From contig JADGBR010000005.1 in NCBI GenBank assembly GCA_015231405.1, positions 40,034-104,033 of the forward strand: a DNA stretch of 64,000 nucleotides. Direction: 5' to 3'. The stretch comes from Candidatus Omnitrophota bacterium. Lineage in GTDB: Bacteria > Omnitrophota > Gorgyraeia > Tantalellales > Tantalellaceae. Below the pieces are notes generated by a model. The model was not told the DNA's origin. It was given only the letters and a program-made list of their open reading frames with translations, and ran no database searches. Made by a program: the position numbers and the translations under genes. Below, in pieces: positions 52,501 through 61,500 of the stretch. Within the stretch, counting starts at the first letter, position 1. Each line of letters begins with the position of its first letter.

Positions 52501-55500
52501 TACGGATAACTGAGCGGCCCCCCGCGCGGGTCTCCACCCAGACTTCGTAAATATTCCCGTCGGCATCGACCGTGCCCGCGGCAAGCACTTCATCGCCTTT
52601 TTTACCGTTCTTGATCGCCTGAGGCACATGTTTGAAAGGTATAACCGGGCGGATATACTCGCGCGGCAATAGCTCGAGGCCGGTGTTTTCGCCGGTCACG
52701 TAGAGGTCGCCTTTTTTGTTGAGGCGTATGCAGTATGGTTTGTCAAAATTGCCGTATATCTTCCCTGATAAACCAAAGTTTTTGTTAACGGTAAGAGTTG
52801 GCGCTATCGGATCGAACACAACTATGTAACCGGCATCGTAAGCCACAAAAATATTCCCTTCATGGTCTACCCCTAAACGGCTGGGGTCCCGGCCGTGAGG
52901 GTTAAGGTCCCATTCGCCGAGCCAGGTTTTGTCACGTGATAACGCCATAAGCTTACCGTTCTCCCCAAGGAGATATATTGTCCCGTCATTCTGTCTGACG
53001 GTTATATCCTTGCACGGGGCCTTTAATATATTTGGTATGTGTGTGCCGGAAGCTATCTCATACTGATCCAGGTGCTTCGGATCTTTAAGGGTATATTTCA
53101 TCGCCCCTTCCTCGTCGATATCCACGGGGAAGCTTTCTTCGTAAAACTTCCCACGTTTGTTATCATAGGCACAGAAAAAATTGGTCAATTCAATGTTCCC
53201 TTTATCGGTGACCACGAAATTCTGCTTTTTCCTGCCCGGGGCATATTCCCGTATCCTTTTCGGCGTAATGGCGGTATCCCTGAGCGCCTTAAGGTCCGGC
53301 GAAGTTTTTTCTCCGGGAGTCAATAACGGCCTCATGCCCATCACGCCGTACGGCACCATGGATATGGTATGGTCGCCGGCGTTGATGACGTAAAGGTCGT
53401 GGAACGGGTCGAAATCGGCGTTCGCGGCGAACCCGGAGGGTTTGTCAAACCCTCCGGCCGACGGAGGGATAACACTGATCCCGGAACCGTCCGTTAAAGC
53501 CAGTGACCCGTTCTCTCCGTTAAGGACGGCTATTCTGCCGTCAGTAAGATATTTAATACTTTTTGGCGCGTTAAATTCCGCGGGATGCGAGTCCCTGTCA
53601 AAATTATCTATGTTAACTTTAAAATATGAACCATTCGCCGAATTGGTTAGATGCAAATGTCTCGTCACCTGATCATACGTAATACCGTCCATCGCGAGGT
53701 TTGGGTCATTGCTCCCTATACACATTATCTGTCCTAATGGAAAATCGTTATATGGGCTGCCGTCACCGTTAAACACATAGATCTGATGGAATTCCAACTC
53801 TTTCTTTTTGCATAGTACGAATATAGCGGGTTTTGTGCCGTCGTTGTCAGCTTTGACCGCGACCCCAAGCGGGATCTCATCATCGGGAAGTGATATTACT
53901 CCGCTCCCGGCGAACCGCGTATCCAGCTTACCGTTCATGTCAAATACCTTAACATCCCCATCGCCGGCATCGGGAACAAAGATATTCATTGTCGCGCCTT
54001 CATCCACAGTATCTATAACAAGGTCGCGCGGATCGATGAACGGGTGGCCATCGTCAGATACCTCTGCGGTCACTTTGAACACGTCACCGTCATGTCCGGC
54101 GCGTTCGAGCCTTTTCAATTTTTTATCGGCGAGATCTATTGTCCAGAGAGCGCCTTTATCGTCCATATCGAGTTTGAACGGTTCCCGGACGCCTTCGAAC
54201 GGTATCTTGAGATACCCCGGGGCGTAGCCTTTGATACTGTAAGTATCGCTATCAACGGCGTAAACAATATTGTCGTCGAAATCAGTAACGAGTATATCCC
54301 CGTTACTGTCCAGGCTAAGCGAGTACAAATTTCTCGGGGAAAGACTGACAGTGCGGATAGGTTTCGCCTGACGGGGGTCGATTACAGTGATACGGTTCAC
54401 CCGTTCCGAATGCTTGTCGGGATCGGGCTGAAAGCTATTCAGGATAAGCAGGTTCATATTTTTATCCAGGATGATATCCATGTGGTTTTCGAAACCCAGG
54501 TTCACGCCTTCCAGTCGCTCGGCAGGCGTAGCTTTCTTTCCGGTATTCTTGTCGAATACCAATATTTCGTTCGAAACTGCCCCAGCCAGGTACAGGTTCC
54601 CGTTCGCGCCGTCCTCCACACAAAAGCTCCAAAGAGAGGAAACCCGTCCAAAATTGCCGTTTCCGGCAGGGCCGTTGAAATCCGGGTCTTTCTGTCCGTC
54701 TTCAGAACACTTTACGACGGACATGAACTCTTCATTCTCATCGTCCTTGACCCTCACGAGCCAGTAAACGCTGCCCATATCGTCCACCGCTATATCCATC
54801 ACTTCTTTCACGTCGAATTTCGGACGGTTTAGTCCCGGCAATATGATATCCTTTTTTTTCGCGCCAGGTTCATATCTAACGCCTTTGTATTCCTCATAAT
54901 AAACTATCAGCCTGTTTTTTCGGTCAAGCGCAAAAGCCTCTATTTTGTGTCTTTCGCCGGCATTACCTTTCGGCATGAACACCCGGCCGTTCGATCCCAT
55001 CGAAGTATTCACGCGCCAGTTCGCGTCATAGACCACGATCTCGTTCCCCGCGCCGTTAAGGACGTAACGGTTGCCGTCGAGTCCGGTCTTCACGCGGCCT
55101 AATCCGGTTAGTCTATATGTATCGTAGGACGTGGGATGTGGGACGTGGGACGTTACACGTCCTTCATCCGACGTCCTACGTCCTACGTCCAACGTCCCAC
55201 GTAACTTCTGACCCTCCGCCCCATGCCCCAACCCCTCAGTCCCCTCCCACGTAAGCTTGACCGCATTATGCGCGTCCCCGTCCGTAAATACCCACAGTTC
55301 GCCTTTAGCCGATATGTACGTATCCTGAACCCGACCGAATTTGGCGTCTTTGATGATGCCGTTCCCGCCGAAACGGGTATCAAGCCGACCGTCCCTTGTA
55401 AGACAGATAAGCCTGTTGTCTTCGACGCGACCGCTCCCGACATTCCCTTCACGATCTATAAGGAACATATGTCCCGTGGCCCGGTTAATGGTCAGTTTAT

Positions 55501-58500
55501 GGACCTCGCCGTAAGTATCCAGCCCGGAGTACCTCGCGTGGGCAAAAGCCCGTTCTTTCCCGCCGAAATCCTTATTTACCCGTCCGAATTCGTCGAACGA
55601 TACGATGATCTTCGGCTGGCCGGTCCACGCTTCACCCATGACAAAAAAGTTCCCGTCGGCGTCAATGTCGAAGACTGAAGCCTGAAAACGCGCGTTCTGA
55701 CCAAGATATCCGTCAAGCTCATTTTTGTCGCAGAAAGCCCTCAAAAATTTCCCGTTGGGCGAGTATTTGTATATCCGATATTCACCCGGCGCACCTGTCC
55801 CTTTTTCAGGGTCCATAACATAAATGAACCCATTACCGTCTATGGCCAACTTGCCCGGTTTTTGTATCTCTTCCGAATGGTCCACGCTCCCGTCAAGCTT
55901 CAGGAATACCAGATGCCCGTTTTCCAGAACTATGAGGTTTTTCCCGTCGGCCGACAATTTGAGATCCAGAATGCCCTCCCGGCCACGCTCGATCTCGCCC
56001 GTGACTCCAAAATCCGTGTTCGGACCTCCGCCAGGCAAAGAGCTTCTAATTATATGCTTCATGGAATCTACATTGTATAAAGAGACATAAATATTCCCGT
56101 CATAGTCGACCGTCCCGCGGGCGAACAATTCTTTATCGTTCTTCCTGCTGTTAAAAGCGGCGGTCGCGTGGACGAAAGGTTTTGCCTGAACGATATATTC
56201 CCGCGGTAACAGCTCAAGGCCTGTCTCTAAACCGGTCACGTACAGATCACCTTTGTTATTAAGCCCGATACAGAACGGCATGTCAAAATCGCCGTATATT
56301 TTTCCGGCGTAGCCGAAACTCTCAAGGAGGACACATACCTTCCCGTCGAGGCTCAGCCCGAACACTCCCACAAAACCCTCTTCGTACGCGGCGAAAACTC
56401 TCCCTTCGCTGTCGACAGCGAGACGGCGTGGCGAGATCCCGTAGTCGTTAAGGTTGAACGTCTCGATCGGCTGGCCGGTATCTGAAAACAGCTCCAGCCT
56501 GCCGTCATTTGACAGTAGGCAGATCTTCCCGTCACGCGGGTCGACAGCCACATCCTTCTGATCGTCTAAAGGAGAAAAATCAGATATCATTATGCCTGTA
56601 TCGGCGTTAAATATCTTCACCTGGTCCAAGGACTCATTTGTAAGAACATAGATCTTCCTCCGCGCCTCGTCTACGGCTATGGCTTTTACCCCTTCCTGAT
56701 GCCCTTGGAGCGACCCGTTTTTATCGGGCCCGAAATCGGCGTCAAGTTCCTGCCCGGAATTGAAAGCCATAACGCTTTTGGAAGCCGGGTGGTACGTGAA
56801 ATACCTTTTATTCTTTCCATCGGCCGCGCAAGGATTAAGTGCGAATATCGTCTGATCCTCGCCCAGAACGGCGAAATATATTTCCTTCGCGGGCGGATCA
56901 AAATCTCTGATCCTTCTCGGCGAAAAAGAGATATCTCTCAAGTCCCTGAGAACGGGATCAGATTTTTCTCCCGGCGTGACGGCAGGGCGCTCGCCCAGCG
57001 ATTCCAAAGGTACCATCGAAATGGTATGGTCGCCGGCGTTGATGACGTAAAGATCGTGAAAACTGTCCCATGAGGAATTCGCGGCTAAACCGGCGGGTTC
57101 ATTAAAAGCTCCGGCTGACGGGGGTATGACGAAATAATCCTTACCGGAATTGTCCTGGAGGACTGCCAAAGAGCCCGTATCTCCGTTAAGGACGGCTGTC
57201 CGCCCTTCACCTATAGCCTTCACGCTGACGGGATTATTGAAATACCCAGGTTTCATTTCCAGGACGTCGCCGTTAAGCGCCATGGCGCTGACCGCACCTG
57301 TGGCCGAGTTGGTTAAGATCAAAGCGTTTCCGTTCCAGGTGATGCTATCCATAGCGAGCGCCGGGTCATTGTCGGCTATTTTTATGACCGAGCCAAGCAA
57401 AATGCTTACCGCCGGTTCGAGCTCACCTTCGATAACACGAACGAAATATTTATCCTTGTCCTTTTCTTTGCATAAGACCATTATCGCAAACCCATTATCC
57501 TTTTTATAGATCGTGACTCCCAGCGGGATCTCTTCTTTCTCTAGAGGGATAACCCCGCTACCTGAGCACCTCGTATCAAGTTCGCCCTTCATGGTATAAA
57601 CTTTAATCGACGGTTTTACCGTGGCGTCTCCCGCGTCCGGGACGAAGATATTCATCGTTTTGCCTCCGTCCAGCGTGTCTATGACGAGATCGCGCGGGTC
57701 GATGAGCGGATGACCCTTGTCATGCGCCACGTTTACGACCTTGAACTTGTCGCCGTCATGTTTCTCCCGAGCCAGTTTCTTCACCTTTTTATCGGCGCGG
57801 TCTATGGTCCAGAGTGCGCCTTCGTGATCCATATCGAGCTTGAATGGTTCCCTAACCCCTTCGAACGGTATCTTGAGATAACCCGGCGCGTAGCCCTTTA
57901 TCCTGAAAGTGCCGCCGTCGGCTACGGTGATAATATCGTTCTTACCTTGCTCGCCGACAAAAAGTATATCGCCGTTCCGGTCCCCGGACATGGTACCGAA
58001 AGACCGGCCGGAAAACCTTGTTTCCGATATTTTTTTCCACGAACTGGTATCAATGACGGTTACCCTCGCGACCCGTTCCGTGCCTGATATTTCTTCGCTA
58101 TCAAGCACGACCAGGTTATTGTTTTGATCATGCATGATGTCCAGCGGGAAATCAAACCCGTAACTCTCGCCATGAACCAAGGTTGTAGCGGCATATTTGC
58201 CGGTGTTCTTATTATATATGCTTATCTGCCGGTCCCCGATCGACGCGAGGATCAGCTTACCTTCCGCGCCGTCCTGAACGCAAAAACTAAATCCAGACCC
58301 GAACGTTTTGATCATCTTGGCATCGGTCGGCCCCACGAAATCTGGATCGAGCCCCCCGTCGACAAACTCCTTCAAAACGACGGCGAATCCGCTGTTTGTC
58401 ACCAAAAGCCAATATATTTTATCCTGGTCATCCGTGGTAATATCTATCACTTTCGACAGCCGTTCCCCGGGTCCAAGAGAGTCGGGTACCGTTATTTCCC

Positions 58501-61500
58501 TATCCACCTCTTTCGCTCCGGAGGCGTATCTTACAACCTTATGTTCCTTATAAGAGACCAAGAGCCTGTTGTGCCGGTCGACGGTGAAAGCCCATATTGC
58601 TCGCCTTTTCCCCGTATCTCCGTCCGACATGAACACCTTTCCGTCCGCGCCGATATTCTTATTTACGCGCCAGTTCTCATCGTAGACCACGATCTCGTTC
58701 GTGGCGCCGTTCAGGACGTAACGGTTGCCGTCAGTGTCGGTCTTGACGCGGCGGATGTCCTTGAGGCGATAGGTATCGTAGGTCGAAGGTGGAAGGTCGA
58801 TGGTGGAAGGCCCCTCTTCCCCCTTTCCTTGCCTGCCCGCCGTAGCCTTGGCGAAGGCGGGACCCTTGACCCCTGACCCTTGCCCCTTAGACATCGCCCT
58901 ATCCACCACGTCCCACGTTATCTCAGTCGTTTTCCAGTCGGAAGTGGCAGCACTGAGGCGGCCTGTATCGTCGATGTCAAGTTTTACCGCCTGGGCCAGT
59001 TTATCATCGTATATCGTTCCGTTCACGCCGAAACGCGTGTCTAAGTAACCGTAGCGGTCGAGGACGGTTATTCCTTCTATAGTGAGAAGGCATATGTGCC
59101 CGGTGCGGCGGTTGACCTTAATATCCTTTATCCCTCCAAATGGGTGGGTATCACTGAAATATGCCGTAATACCCGCGATAATACCCATATTCCCCAGGTC
59201 CTTGTTAAGCTCTCCTCGTTCGTTGAACGCTATTAACACATCCTTAGTCTTTTCTACAATAAAGATATTCCCTTCATCATCGATATCGATAGCATGTATG
59301 TTGGGTCTTACGGGAAGCAATAATCGTTGCGATATCTCATTGAACAGCGTTTTTTCACCTATGTGTCTTATGAACTTCCCTTGAGGGCTGAACTTGCTTA
59401 TCAGGGGGAACTCCGCTCCACCGTTCGTAACATAGATATACCCGAATTTATCGACGGCGATATTCCGCGGCTCGGACATGTAAACGGCCAGATCCTCATC
59501 GAGCGGAACGGACTCTTTGTCCGGATCTTTTTGCCCGTCTAAGGTATAGAAATCTATGCCGGCATCGGTCATAACTATCTTATTCTTCCCATCCGCCGAC
59601 ATGACCGTATTGGGCATAGAGTCGACTGAAGACCTTTGAGCCATCTTGTGAGCGAACTTTTCAGGACGGATATGCGTCCGCGGCAAGATCACCAGGCCGG
59701 CTATGTCTTCAGAGGAAATATACAGATCGCCTTTATCGTTGAAACCGATATCGTAAGGCTTGCCGAAACCGCCCGTTATTACGCCCCCCTTACCATAAGA
59801 TGGATCCGGTTGTTTTGTGTCGGGATCTATGAAGACTATAGCCCCCGAGCCGAATGCTACGGCTATTCTGCCTTCGAGGTCGACAGCCACTGAGACTGGA
59901 TCCGTATGCCCCAGGTTGGGTAAGAAAATCGGTCCGCCCACCGCCGCTTTGGCGTTATACCAGCCTATTCTATCCTCATAGAGATCGTAATACTTGCCCT
60001 CTTTTCCGGAGGCTATATCCCTTATGCCTATGGAGTGCGGGAACCTGCCGATGAACCCACCCGTATCGAGATGGTATCTGTATACCGCGTTGTTCGAGCA
60101 GAGAACATATAATAGTCTTTCACCCTCGTCCACCGTCATGGATAGGGGTTCATGATCAGGTTGTTGAAGTTTGAGAATACCGTCACCATCGGGACCGAAA
60201 GCAGTATCAGGCCGCAAGTCGCTTTTCAGCGCGAATATTTTGCCTTTCTCGTCGGCGACGAAAACGCGGCCGGTCTTCCTGTCCTCGGCCATGCATGATG
60301 GTCTATTGATATCCAGGCTGACGAAATCGGGCGCCGATGTTCCTCGGCCTATGGCTAATTCTAATTTTCCGGAAGGAGCAAAGACCTTCACGACATTACC
60401 GGTTATCGACATGATATGCCCGTCTCGCCGGACGATGAATTTTTCTTTTTTGACCGCACGGTTGTCTTTATCGGCTATCCGTTTCGGGAGGACGCGTTGC
60501 CTTAGTTGCCGGAGTTCGGGGTTGGCCTTCTCTTCCTGAGACATAACAGGCCGTAACTCAGCCGCGCCCAGAGGCACCATATAGACCGCTTTTTCTTCGG
60601 GACTAAGGATGACTAGATCGGGACTCGCCGTACCGCTCCTAGTGCCCGGATATAAGGCTACCCCGCCCGGGACATATTTCCCCGACGGAAGCGGGAAGAT
60701 ACCGTCAGGTAAAGGCCCGTTGTCGCGATGTAATACCATCGATGTTCTATCCCTTCCCAAATAGCACATATGGTCTTCGAAGGGGACCATCCCGATAGGT
60801 TCGTCAAGACGTTCCGGCATAACTGTCCGGAATGGGACACCCGCCCCGGAGTAATTAAACTCTTCCTTTACGGTCCTTATGATCTTCCTCACGGGATCGA
60901 CGAATAAGTTCCCGGGTGCGTCTTTCTTAATATCAAGGCCCGATATCCTGCTCCCGCTGGGAAATGTAAGGTCGGGCTCGCAGTTACTGTTAAGGACCTG
61001 GATATACGGAGCGCCTCCTTCCTCACCAAGACAAAGGACAAATATCCTGTGGTCTACCTCCCCATCCACGGCCACGGAGACTGGGCGTTTAAACCAACCC
61101 ATCCCCTTACCTATAATACCGCCGGGGCCGAACCTGGTTTCCGGTTCACCGTTCATATCGAACACTTTTATATCATTGTCACCCATGTCAGGAACAAAAA
61201 TATTATCGTCAAGGCCGCTGTTGAAAGAGGCGATAACGACATCGGCCGGGTCATTGAAAGAGCCGAACTCTTTAACTACCGTGAATCCAGCGCTGTCATG
61301 CTTTTCCCTTATCAGCTTTTTAACTTTTTTGTCGGACTTATCGATAGTGTAAAGAGCATTATCCCGGTCCATGGCCAGCTTCCACGGTTCTTTTACTCCC
61401 TCTATGGCTATTTTCAAGTACCCCGGGGCATATCCTTTCAAGAGGTGAGTATCGCCGTCAATGACCCATACAATATCGCTACCGTTCTCCGCTATAAGGA

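Noticed and set aside
54044-54832. 262-aa and 282-aa (61049-61897) plus-strand ORFs
   Set aside because: Antisense to the NHL giant gene; no independent signals.
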